A DNA stretch of 33,347 bases from Chrysochromulina tobinii (Eukaryota), in NCBI GenBank assembly GCA_001275005.1, contig JWZX01002376.1, forward strand, positions 1 through 33,347, in the 5' to 3' direction. How positions within the stretch are numbered: the first letter of the stretch is position 1; each line of letters starts with the position of its first letter. Positions 10,135-21,200 of this stretch are shown piece after piece. The position numbers were made by a program, and so were the translations under genes. Below the pieces are notes generated by a model. It worked only from the letters and a program-made list of their open reading frames with translations. It was not told the origin of the DNA and did no database searches.

Positions 10135-13100
10135 TCATCTAGGCGATCTGGGCGACGCCACGGAGCGCGGCGAGCGTGGCGAGCGCTGCGACGACGCCAT
10201 ACTGGCGGCCGTCCCGGCGGGCATTGGCAGCTTGGGCTGCGAGAGCGGCGCCGCGCTCGGCCGGCTGCGCGCGCGAGGGCTCTCCGCGCGCACGGCGCCT
10301 GCGCCGCCCCCACCGCGAGGGCTGCTGGGACGCAGTGGCGCACTCGAGGGCGGCGGCGGCGCGCCGCGCGGGCTGTTGGGACGGCGCGGGCTGGCTGCAC
10401 GCGCCGTGCTCACGGAGGAAGCAGTGGGCGGGCGGCCGGTCGCGCGCGGCGCGATGAGCGTGATCGGGGAGCCGGCGACGGGCAGTCCGTTGAGGGTGAA
10501 GGTGATTCGGTACTCGCCGCTCACCTGCACGGCCGTCGCCACACGGTATGACCCGCCGCCCGCGTCGGAGACCTCGAGCGCGACGGGCGCGGGGCCCGTC
10601 GACAGCTGCGCCTTGAGAGGGCCGTTGGTGCGCTCTGACGGACGCCCCGCTTCGTCTACAGACGAGACGAGGACATCGAAGAGCACGCCCGGCTTGACGC
10701 GGATCACCGATGGCGCCGAGACGAGCGATTCGTCGCCAAAGCGGATGGCTGGGTCCATGCGCAGCCGACCGATGCAATGCTCCTGCCTCGTGCCGTCGCT
10801 GGAGCGAGCAAAGCCGATGTAGACGCCATGGAGGCCGATGGGCGTGTTGGGCGGGTAGGTTGCTTCCACACGCCCATCGCCGAGGTCGGACACCACGCAC
10901 GGCATCATCATGGGCGATGCGTCGCCCGCCGCACCGCCCAAGGGAATCTCGCGCAGCTCGCACCATAGCGGCTGCGAGAGCGGGCCGGTGCGTGCGTTCG
11001 CGAGGCAATCGCGCGTCTGCAGCCACAGCCGGCCTCCACCTATCGAGGCCACGCGCTGGAGCGGCTCGCCATCGATACCCACCTCGAGCACCGTGCAGCA
11101 GCTGAGTTCCACGGGCCCGGCACCGCAGCAGAGCTTGAAGGGCGATCCGGTAACGGCCACTCCTCCGGTCGAGGCGTGCAGTAGGTAGATGCCCGGCTCG
11201 AGAAGGGTGAAGTGCACGCGGCAGCCGCCGTCAGGGCCCTCGGCCAACTCCACGTCCACAGTACCCAACTCCTCGCCACTCCCGTCGGGATCGGCATCTG
11301 CGGCGGGCGCCGGCTCCACCGCGCTCCCCACAGCGCCGCCCACCGCGCCGCCGCGGCGCGCCTTGGACGTCACCGGCAGCTCGCGCGAGATACGCACGAG
11401 GCGCGCCGAGTAGAGGCCTGGCTCAAACGGCCTCGTATTGCCCACGTGGTCGCGCGCGTTCACGTCGACAAATGTGCCCAAGCCCACGCCACACTCGCGT
11501 AGCGCCGCGCCGGTAACGGTCGCGTTCTTGGGCACGTGTGGGCCCGGGGCCACATTCACCGCGAATGGGGAGCCGTTGATGTGCCCGCCGCCGGCGAGCT
11601 CGATGCCGAGGCGCAAGGTGCCCGCGCACACGGCAGTGTAAGCCACGTGCCACGTGCCGTTGCCATTGTCGCGTACCTCGTTGAGCACGAATGGCGTGGG
11701 CACCCAAGCTGGGTCGCTGCCAGGGCTGCGCTCCACCGTGCCGTTCACCGCCAGCTGCGCCTGGTCGAGCACCGTGTGCTCGGCCTGCGACCACGAGCTG
11801 AGCCGCGCCTGATGGCCACCGGCCAGCACGTCCTGCCCTTCATAGCGCATCACGCGACGCGGCGGCGAGCGCAGCGGGCGCGGCGGCATGCGCACGGTCA
11901 GCGAGCGCATCTCTCCCGCCACGCACGCCCCCAAGCCAGGGCCGAAGGCCTCACAGGCGAGCGCCGTCTCGGCGCGCGCATGCTCTTCCATGGCTGTTCG
12001 GGCTTCCTCATCGGACAGATGACGCGCGAGCGCCGGCCGCACGACCACCATGAACGAGCGGCCGCCCAGCACCGTCGCCATCTCTTGTGCCGCCTCGGCC
12101 AGAGCGGCGTTCCCACCGCCACTGGCCTTTTTCTGAGGCGACTTGGGCGGCGAAACAGCCGCGATCGCCGCGCGCCACTTATCCGCCGCAGAAGGCGCTT
12201 CCACAATGGCGCCGCTGCCCGCGGCTGGCCGATGCAGAAGGCTCAGCTCCCAGCGACCCGCCTGGGGCGGAGTGTACCGCACGATGTACGTGCCGTCCTG
12301 CTGGTCGTCGATCGTGTGCTGGAGCGGCGTGACGCGGCGCATGCCGCCTGGCAGAAGCTTGTGCGCGCGCAGCTCGAAGTGCTCGCCGCCGCACGCCGCC
12401 GCGTTGCCGTAACGGTCGTAGACTTGCACCTCATACGCTGTCTCCTCGCCCTCATAGCCGATGACGAGGCCTTCGCCACTCAGGGCGCACGCAGGCGGCC
12501 ACGTGGCGCCTGCAACCACCTTGACGACCGAGATGACGCCCTCGGCCTCCTCGAGCGCGATGGCCCGCGCTGCATCATGCTCGACCGTCTCGACGACTGC
12601 GCTCTCACTCAGGTCACTCAGGTCGGGCGCATTCGCTGCCTGCACGCGCGCGGCGGGCGCGCCGCTACCGCCGCGCCCAGCAGGGTCGGCCGCCGAGGGC
12701 GCAAGCGGCGCGAGTCGGATGCACATGTGGTAGTGCCCGCTCTGCAGTGGCGTACCGGTAAGTTCGTAGACTCCGTTGCCCAGCTCGACCACCTCGCAGT
12801 GCACGTACGCACCCTCCCCGTCGTCCGCGCCGCCGTTGCCGCTGCTGCCCGCGAGGGTGCTGCCCGCGAGGGCGCTGCTCCCCGGGGCGATCGGACCGGG
12901 ACCTGGGATCGGGAGGCTGTGGTGGCTGTGGCTGCAGCCGCTGCTGCTCTGAGCCATCTCGCCCGCGCCCGCTGCGCCGCCCACGGACGGCGACGGCGCG
13001 AAGGCAAGGCTGCCGATGGCGCTGCCGTCCTCGTTCCGACGAAGCTTCGGCGTCGATGACGACGGCGCCGCCGCATGCGGGCTGGCGCTCGCTGCACTGG

Positions 13101-15097
13101 CGCCGGCCAAGCGCAGCTGCATCTTGCCGGGAGATTGCATCTTGCCGGGAGATGTTAACGGTCGACCGCCAGCGTCGCCACCGGCGCCGTTGCCGTGGCG
13201 CGTCGCTGTGAGCGCCTCGACCTCCTTGAGGATCTCGCGCCAGTCCTCGGGCAACTTCTCCCCAAAGTCACGTTGCAGCTGCGCCTGCAGGCGCGCGCTC
13301 AGACTGCGCGCTATCGCACCGCCGCCGCCGCCACCGCCGCCGACGCCGCCGACGCTGACGCCACCGACGCCGCCGCGTGCGCCGAGGCTCGCCTGCGCCC
13401 TTGGTCGCGCTCGTCGTCAACGGCGGCGGCGCGAGTGGCAGCCGCGGCGGCGTGATCGCCATCCCCGCGATCGCCGAGGCGCCCGACGCGGCGCCCGACG
13501 CCGTCGCTGAGGCCGTCGCGGGCGTACTGAGCGCCGTATTTAGCGCTCCGGTGCGAACGCGCTCGGGTGAACTGCTGCGCGATGCGGCGCTGCCCACGCG
13601 GCGTAGCCAGATGGAAGGGCGCGGGCAGGCGCCGCTGGTGAAGGTGTTGCCGAAGCGATCGTGCGCCTGAATACGCACCTTGAAGCGCACGCCGGCGGGT
13701 ATGGTAGGCCAAACCTTGGGCTTGGAGGTCAGCTTGTACGAAGGCGCGTGCGGCGGTGCCGGGAGCGCCTTGATGGTGAAGGGTGACCCTTTGACGTTCA
13801 TGCCCGCCCAGCACACGTGCACCGTGATCCTGCCCTGGGTGGTCGGCGTGAGCGAGAGGGAATAATGTGCCGAATCGACAAGCTCGACTATCGCAATGTC
13901 GCGTGGCGCGCCACGCTGCCGATCAGGGCCCATGTCGGGGGTCATGAAGGCGGAGGGCACCTCGTTGCTGTCCGCGCTGAGACGATCGTGCGCGCACAGG
14001 TTGCCCCACCGATCACGCGCGATCAGCTGCAGCTTGAACGGACGGCCACAGAGCACCGTCGCGGGCGGCGGCGCCACGAGCGCCGTGGTTCGCGGGTCAG
14101 CGGGGCCCGGCTTGACGACGATGGTAAATGGTGACTGCGCGATGGGCCCCACGTTGGGCGCGAGCCCCACGTCGAGCCGGTAAGTGCCAGCCGCCTTGGC
14201 CGTGTAAGTGACCACGTAGCTGCCGTCGCGCTCGTCTCGGATCCGGCAGTCCCACTTACCTGGCCCTTGCACGTCGGCGTAAAAGTGGTCGACGCCGCGC
14301 GTGCGCGGCTGGCCGTGCCGGTCGCGCTTGTAGATAGTGAAGCTCGCCGCCTTGCCCGCTTCGCTGCTGCTCAACCCGAGTCCCTCGGCATGGCAGTTCT
14401 CGGGGCGCGTCACATCCGAGTCGACAATGAGGTTGAATGGTGAGCCCTTGATGGGCGCACGGTTGAGCGTCACGTGCATGACGTAGTTGCCCGAGACTGT
14501 GGGAATGTAGCGCACCTCGTACGTGCCATCGCCACGGTCCAGCACGTCCGCAGACATCAACACCGGGCCGCGCGCGCGCACCTCAAACAGCTCGCCGCCG
14601 CTCTCGCATGGCCGGTGGACCCAGTCGCGTGCGCGGATCAAGAAGGACGTCTCCACGTCCGTCACAGCAACCTCCAGGCCGGTGCCCTCGGCGACCGTGT
14701 GTTCGGGCATGGCAGCCGTCTCATTCAGCCAGCAGCGCTGCTCGTCGAACGTCGGGTGCATCGTGTAGAGCGCCTTGAGGTTGGCCGACGCCACGTCGGA
14801 GAGGCTGACGACATGCGAGATGCCGTCTGATGCAGTCAGCGTAAGCGAGTCATGCGTATGCGGCGCACCCTTCATCACATACGAAACGACCTCGCACAGC
14901 CCGGTCAGGCTGAGTGCGCCGTCTGGGCGCGCGGCCAGCTGCCTTAGTATGGCGCGCAGCTCGTCCTCGACAAAGTGGCGTTCAAGGGCGAGAACGATCA
15001 CTCCGACATGCTGGAGCGCAATGCGCGCCTCGCCACCGCCATCAGTGCGGGCAAAGCGGTTGAAGAGGCTGCGGCATGCGGACAGCGCCTCCTCCAT
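10135..15097 (-). CDS. Large filamin/ABP280 Ig-repeat protein with degenerate N-terminal EF-hand-like region; probable GC-AG intron 13392-13311
   Basis: Repeated filamin motifs (GxGL...; D.GDGTY.V.Y.P...G.Y...V.LN..PIKGSPF) occur in both ORFs 13268-15124 and 10135-13254, which are in different frames. CAG|GCGAGC...GATAG restores the frame (1626 aa). The junction is inferred. Confidence 0.72.
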
Positions 15098-15287
15098 CCC
15101 GCGAGGAGCGCAGGTCCTGACCACCCTCGAGTGCCGCCGCCGTGGAGCCTAAGGCGCAGATAGGAAGGGTCGGTCAGAGAAGACTTTGGGGTCAGAGAAG
15201 TCTTTGTCGCAGATGACGTCGCACGAGCGCCGAAAAACCGTCGCTCGAGCGCCGAGAAACCGTCGCATCTGCGCGCAAATGCGAAGC

Positions 15288-15392
15288 TCTGCGACGCACA
15301 ATGCCACATCTGCGACGCACAATGCCACATCTGCGAGCGCAGAATGCCACATCTGCGACGCCTCCATGTGCGATCTGCGACGCTTCCATGTG
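15288..15392 (+). repeat. 21 bp tandem repeat (tctgcgacgcacaatgccaca) decaying rightwards
   Basis: Three near-identical units followed by degenerate atctgcgacgc units. Confidence 0.85.
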
Positions 15393-17215
15393 TGATCTGC
15401 ATCGTGTGCAGTTGACGACGCTCGACGCGCGCTGCAGCGGCGGGCGCCCGCTGCCGCGCTGCCGCGCGGTTGTGGCGGGCGGCCGCGGCCGTTGGCAGTG
15501 CACCCGCGGACGCGGCGCGCGAACCCGGGCATCCTCAACTGGCGTGGTAGGTCAGGCGGCTGGCAAGCTGCCGTACGCCACGACACTGTGGTTACTCGAC
15601 GCCGTCGCTCGTCACGCGACGGCGGCGTCGAGTGACTTTTTGCGTTCCCGTTCGGGGGGCGCGCCAACGGGCGCGTCTACCGGCAGTGCAGACAACGCCA
15701 CTAAGACCGACATTAAGACCGAAGCCGCCACCACAGCCGCCCCTCCGCCTGTTCTGGTCGCATTGGCCCCGCAGGCTTCTTATAGGCTTCCGCCCAACCG
15801 CCGCCCGCCTCGGGAGCTCGGTACGGTGCGTTTGCGCCGCAGGCTGCTACGCGCCACTCACTGCCAGCCGTGAAGGTCCGCCGTGGGCGTTTGGGACCGG
15901 TACGAGTACTGCACCGTCGCCTCGTACATGCTTGGACCGGAGGTACACGCATCACTGTAACGTGTGTAGGCTTTACTACGACCCGCATTCACTCATTTAT
16001 CGGAAAGCGACGCGCTTGGTTTCACCCTGGCATGCGCAAGCGCACGTCGTCGCGTTTCGCCGGCCGGTCCCGCCGGACCCGCTGCGACCGGGGAACGGCG
16101 GAGGCGCTGACCGAACGCCGTTTTGCAGCCTTTACCACACCGTCAGACGAACTTAGACACGCACACAGCCGCACTGCTCTTCGGCGGCGGCGATGCGCGC
16201 GCCTCTCCGCGCCCCTCCGCGCTTACTACGCGCCGCGGGCTCGCTCCCGCCCTCGAACTTCTGTATAAGGAAGGCACAACTTCCGGACTCGCGCGGAAGC
16301 CTGCGCACACGCAGCTGGCGGGCGTTAGGCGGGCGCCAGGCGGGCGTGCGGCGGGCGGCGGCCTGCGGCGCACACGCAGCCGGCGAGCGTGTGGCGGGCG
16401 GCAGCCGCACGCGCTGCTGGCAGTGGGAGAGCGCGTAGCAGCCTGCGGCGGCGCAAACGCACCGTACAGGGCACCCGGGGCCGCTGGGGGCGTTGTCTGC
16501 ACTGCCGGTAGACGCGCCCGCTGGCGCGCCCCCCGAACGGGAACGCAAAAAAGTCGCTCGACGCCGCCGTCGCGTGACGAGCGACGGCGTCGAGTAACCA
16601 CAGTGTCGCGTGGCGTACGGCAGCTTGCCAGCCGCCTGACCTACCATGCCAGTTGAGGATGCCCGGGTTCGCGCGCCGCGTCCGCGGGTGCACTGCCAAC
16701 GGCCGCGCCAGCCCGCCACATCCGCGCGGGAGCGCGGCAGCGGGCGCCCGCCGCTGCAGCGCGCGACGAGCGTCCACGCCATTTGCGGATGCCCGGCTTC
16801 GCGCGCCGCGTCCACGGGGCTCACCTTCACGCAGGCGAGCTTGGGCCGCGCGCCCCTGATGCGCATGGCCCGCTGCACGTCGCCGTAGGTGTACGTGTCC
16901 TCTCCTTTGGGCGCCGCTCGGGGGGCTCGTGCTCGGGGGCCTCGTGCTCGGGGGCCACGTGCCCGGGCTCCTCGCCGGAGCCGTCCCCGTCCTCGCTCCC
17001 CGTGTCGCCATCGCCGGCTCCATCGCGGGCCCTTAGCTATGGCGCAGGTGAATGGGACGGGAGGACGGCGCGGCGTCCACTGCCGACGGCCGCGCCCGCC
17101 CGCCACCGGCAGCTCGCGTCGAGCGACGGCGATGCGTCGCACTGACGCACATCGCACTGCGCACCGACGCACAACGCATTGCGCTCTGACGCAAAGCGCG
17201 CGTGCTCTGCGCTTC

Positions 17216-17360
17216 CGACGCAAATCGCACGCGGCTCCGACGCAATTGCGGCAGGAGAACCGCTGTTTTTCACGCAATTGCGTCCGAATTCGGACGCAAT
17301 TGCGTCGGATCTCGGGCGCAATTGCGTCGGGTTTGGGCGCAATTGCGGCACGATTTGCGT
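17216..17360 (+). repeat. Array of cgcaattgcg palindromic units with ~22-23 bp spacing
   Basis: cgcaattgcg recurs five times just inside the right terminal inverted repeat. Confidence 0.8.
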
Positions 17361-17523
17361 GTGAGTCTTCTCTGACCCCCTGCGCGCGCGGTCTAGGTCA
17401 CTCAACAGAGCGCGCGTGCGTTCCTCCGACTTCGACTTTGACTTGACTTGGGTTGCCCTGCCCTGTTTTTTCTTCGAGCCCGTTCGGCCTCGGTACCTGT
17501 GCTTCAGCTTTGGCAGCCAACCG

Positions 17524-18057
17524 ATGTACGCCCTGCACCCCGCGGCACAGGATGACGGCACCACGGACCGGATCCTGGCGTACTTGATCAAGACGGCACC
17601 CAACACGCCACGTGTGGCACCAACGGCCGGCGACGGGACGGCTGCAGACCTAGCCGCGATGGCCTTGTCGACGGCGCTGTTGCTTGCAGACCAGAAGCAT
17701 GCGCACAGGCCGCGATCGCCACAAGCGGAATGGAGCCCACGAGTTGCTCGTGGGCATGCGGGCAAGCCTGGAAAGCTCACCACACTCCAGCCGACGGCTC
17801 GCGCTCTGCCACCACTGCGCAGTCCCCAGCTAGCTCCGCGACCTAAGCCCACGACAGTGGTGTACGCAGCCCTGCGACAGCAAATTTCCGATCGTGCCGT
17901 CCGCCACTGCGATCCGCGCTTCAACTCTTGGGCCGACGTCGACATCCCGCCGCTCTCTCCACGCCGGGCCCGCGCGGCTGTGTCAAATGACTTGGAGGAG
18001 CCCGGACCGGGCTTCTATGCAGAGAGCATACGAAAGTCACCGCGGGCCAGGAAGTAG
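17524..18057 (+). CDS. Hypothetical protein (~177 aa, Pro/Arg-rich)
   Basis: ATG-initiated part of ORF 17416-18057, convergent with the Kelch-EGF gene. No recognisable domain; C-terminal PGPGFY resembles a PGP (STPGR-type) motif. Confidence 0.45.
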   Translation: MYALHPAAQDDGTTDRILAYLIKTAPNTPRVAPTAGDGTAADLAAMALSTALLLADQKHAHRPRSPQAEWSPRVARGHAGKPGKLTTLQPTARALPPLRSPQLAPRPKPTTVVYAALRQQISDRAVRHCDPRFNSWADVDIPPLSPRRARAAVSNDLEEPGPGFYAESIRKSPRARK

Positions 18058-18238
18058 CGTCAGACAACAAAACTTAGAGAGTTAGAGTACGCAGCACCTA
18101 GACACTCCACATCACATTCTCTCACGATTCAGAGGCGCGCGCACGCCCTCGTGGCATATGCCCACTGTCGCACTGTCTAAAATTTGCCGCCCTGTGGAAC
18201 ACACTCGCCACGCCTGAGAGGGCAACCTTCGCTCAGGC

Positions 18239-21200
18239 TCAGCCCAAGCCCGAGGAGAAGGGGCGCTGCGCCTCCGCCTGCAAGATCTCGCGCATCTTGC
18301 GCCGCTGGCGTAGCTCGAGCGCATGGCGCACGCCCCATCCCAAGCCCGCGCCCACGCTCGCCAGCACCACGAGCACAAGCGTCGCCGTGCCGAGGCTGAT
18401 CCCCTCCACCTGAGTGGCGGCGGTGGGCGTGGCGCAGTCGGCGCCGCGCCACCCCTCACGGCAGTAGCACTTTGCGAGCGCGCATACGCCGTGGCCCGAG
18501 CAGCCAGCCGGACAAGGGACGAGCTCGTCACAGGCCGGGCCTGTCCATCCCGGGTCGCAGAAGCAGACGCCGTACGCGCACACGCCGTGTTCCGAGCAGC
18601 CGCCTTCACAGGGCACGGCTTGCGAGCAGTCGTCGCCGCGCCATCCAGGGTCGCACACGCACTTCCCATGGAAGCACTCGCCGCGCGAGGAGCAGCCGCC
18701 CAGGCACGCAGCGGAGCCGGCCGAGGCGGTCAGCTTTAAGGTCAGCTCGGGCTTCGGGGCAGCGGCGGCGGCCGAGGCGGCGGCGGGGGCGGCGGCCGGC
18801 CGGGAGCCGCCGCTGGCGGTGTAGGCCGAGGGCCACACGCGCGCGGGGACCAAGCCCGCAGCTTGCTGCGCCGGCGTCGCGCTCTGCAGGCGGTCAGCGC
18901 CTTTGCCGTCAGCGCTCCATTGCCGCCACCCGGCCGCGGTCGCCGCCGCCGCTGCCGCCGCCGTCAGCGGCTGCGGCGCCTCGGAGAGCTGCAACGCCGA
19001 TGGGTACACGGGGTACGCGCCGTCTGCGCCATCGTCTGCGGCACCGCTGTGCCCGAGGAATAGCAGGGCGCGCCCTGGCGCCCTGGCCGCGCGCTGTACC
19101 GGGCGCGTGCGGTACTCGACCAGACCAGTGGCGCTACCCTCGACGGCACGGTTGGACCCCTCGACGCCCACGTTGGCCGCGGCAGAGGGCGCGTCGCCGG
19201 TTTGGAACGCGATCGCGGCGGCGGCGGTGAACACCTCGGAGCACGCCACGCCACCCACGCCCGCGACGCACACGCACGTACCCAGCGCACATAGGCCACG
19301 GCCCGAGCAGGTGCGCCCGTTGGCCACTGGGCACCGTACCTGTGGGGAAGGGGGGGGGGCGCCGTGGTGAGCACCTGCATGCAAGGCCGGCCGTTGGCCA
19401 CTGGGCACCGTACCTGATCCAGGCAGTCGGGGCCGCCGTAGCCGGCATCGCAGAAGCAGCTGCCGTGCACACAGAGCCCGCGCTGGCTGCACTGGCCCGG
19501 GCAGGGCGTGGGCAGCTCGCATGCATGCCCCTCGAAGCCCGCGTCACAGAAGCACTGGCCATGTCGGCAGAGCCCGTGAGAGGAGCAGTCCTCCGGGCAC
19601 GCCGAGACCAGCGAGCAGTCCTCGCCCTCGTACCTGTGGGGAAGGGGGGGCGCCGTGGTGAGCACCTGCATGCAAGGCCCGAGCAGTCCTCGCCCTCGTA
19701 CCCGGGGAAGCACAGGCAGCGGCCGCCCCAGCAGAGCCCTTGGTTGCGACACTCGTGCGGACACGTCTGCTGCACCTCGCAGGCCTCCCCGGTGAACCCG
19801 GGCTCGCACACGCACTGACCACGCTCGCAGCGACCGTTGCCGGAGCACGTATCTCCCGCGGAGCTCGACGGGCACTTGAGCCGCCGAGTGCAGTCGTCGC
19901 CGCCCCATCCGGTGTAACAGAAGCACCGGCCGCTGGCGCACACGCCTTGCTCCGCGCCGCCACAGCCATGCGGGCACTCGATCTTATGCGAGCACTGCGG
20001 ACCATAGAAGCCCGGATCGCAGAAGCACCGGCCGTGCTCGCACACGCCGACGCTGCCGCACTGCTCGGGCCCGGTGCAGCCCGTTCGGGTCGCACAGTCG
20101 AGTCCGTCGAAGCCCGGCTCACAGTAGCACCGGCCATAGGCGCACACGCCGTGGCCCGAGCAGTCGTTTCCGGGGCAGCCGCGTGGAACCGAGCAGTCGG
20201 TCCCAGCCCACTCGAGGTCGCATTCGCACACGCCGTGGACGCACACGCCGTGATGATGGCACTCATTGAGGCACGAGGGCAGGGGCACCGCACAGTCGAG
20301 GCCGCCGTAGCCCTCCTCGCACAAGCACTTGCCGCCCAGGCACAGCCCGTGCGCCGAGCACGCGTGCGGGCACTCGATCGGCTGCTCGCAGGCCACGCCC
20401 TGCCAGCTAGGCTCGCAGAAGCAGGTGCCGAGCCGGCACGCGCCATGGCCGGTGCAGTTGGCCTGACACTCGAAGAGGGCTTGAGAGCAGTCGTCGCCGC
20501 CGTAGCCGGCCTCGCACGCACACGCGCCGCGGAAGCAGACGCCGCGGTGCGAGCAGTCGTTGACGCAGCTGGCCACCTCGGCGCACGTCTCGCCGCCGAA
20601 GCCGGGGTCGCACCAGCACTGGCCGTGCACGCAACGGCCGCGCTGCACACCGTCCGCGTCACGGCAGTCGCCCGGGCAGGGCAGGGCTTCGTCACACGCG
20701 ACGCCAGCGAAGCCAGGCTCGCAGAGGCACTTGCCCTCGAAGCACTCGCCGCGTCCGGAGCAGCTCGTGTGCTCGTGGCTCCCCGGGCAAGGCTCAGTCA
20801 CTTCGCACCCCTCGCCCGACGAGCCATACAGGCAGTAGCACTTGGCATTGATGCAGATGCCGCGCCCTGAGCAGCCGTGAGGGCACGCGACGAGCTCCGA
20901 GCAATCGGCGCCAGTGAAGCCCGCGGCGCACGTGCAACGGCCGTGCACGCACACGCCGTGGGCCGAGCAGTCGTTGGCACAGCGCGCGATCAGCTCGCAC
21001 TGCGGCCCATCGAAGCCCGGGTCGCAGAAGCAACGGCCGTGCGCGCACACGCCGCGCTCGTGGCAGTTGCACTCCGAGAGCAGAGAGCAGTCGTAGCCTT
21101 CGTAGCCGGGCTCACACAAGCAGCGGCCCTGCCAGCACTTGCCGTGCGCCGAGCAGCTCGACGGGCAGCTCGTCGAGCCGATGATCGGGCCCGCCGCCGC

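Larger units (their letters stand above)
15172..17380. mobile_element. Putative non-autonomous foldback/MITE-like element with 16 bp terminal inverted repeats, subterminal tandem arrays and long internal inverted arms
   Basis: GGGGTCAGAGAAG(T/A)CT at 15188-15203 (extra copy 15172-15185) pairs with AGTCTTCTCTGACCCC at 17364-17379. Inverted arms of ~280 bp at ~15416-15699 and ~16489-16774. No transposase ORF or TSD recognised. Confidence 0.65.

Noticed and set aside
15288..15392. Possible CRISPR array in the 21 bp repeats (also 8351-8460 and 17216-17360)
   Set aside because: Units are head-to-tail with no unique spacers, no cas genes are present, and the context is eukaryotic.
15149..17446. 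Long Arg/Ala-rich ORFs inside the foldback element as a transposase
   Set aside because: No DDE, HUH, RT or recombinase motifs recognised; long ORFs arise easily at this GC level.
19340..19701. Kelch-EGF gene as a frameshifted pseudogene, or the two inserts as a product of EGF-repeat duplication
   Set aside because: Both inserts have GT...AG ends and restore the frame exactly. They lie at different positions and phases of the EGF unit with unrelated flanks.
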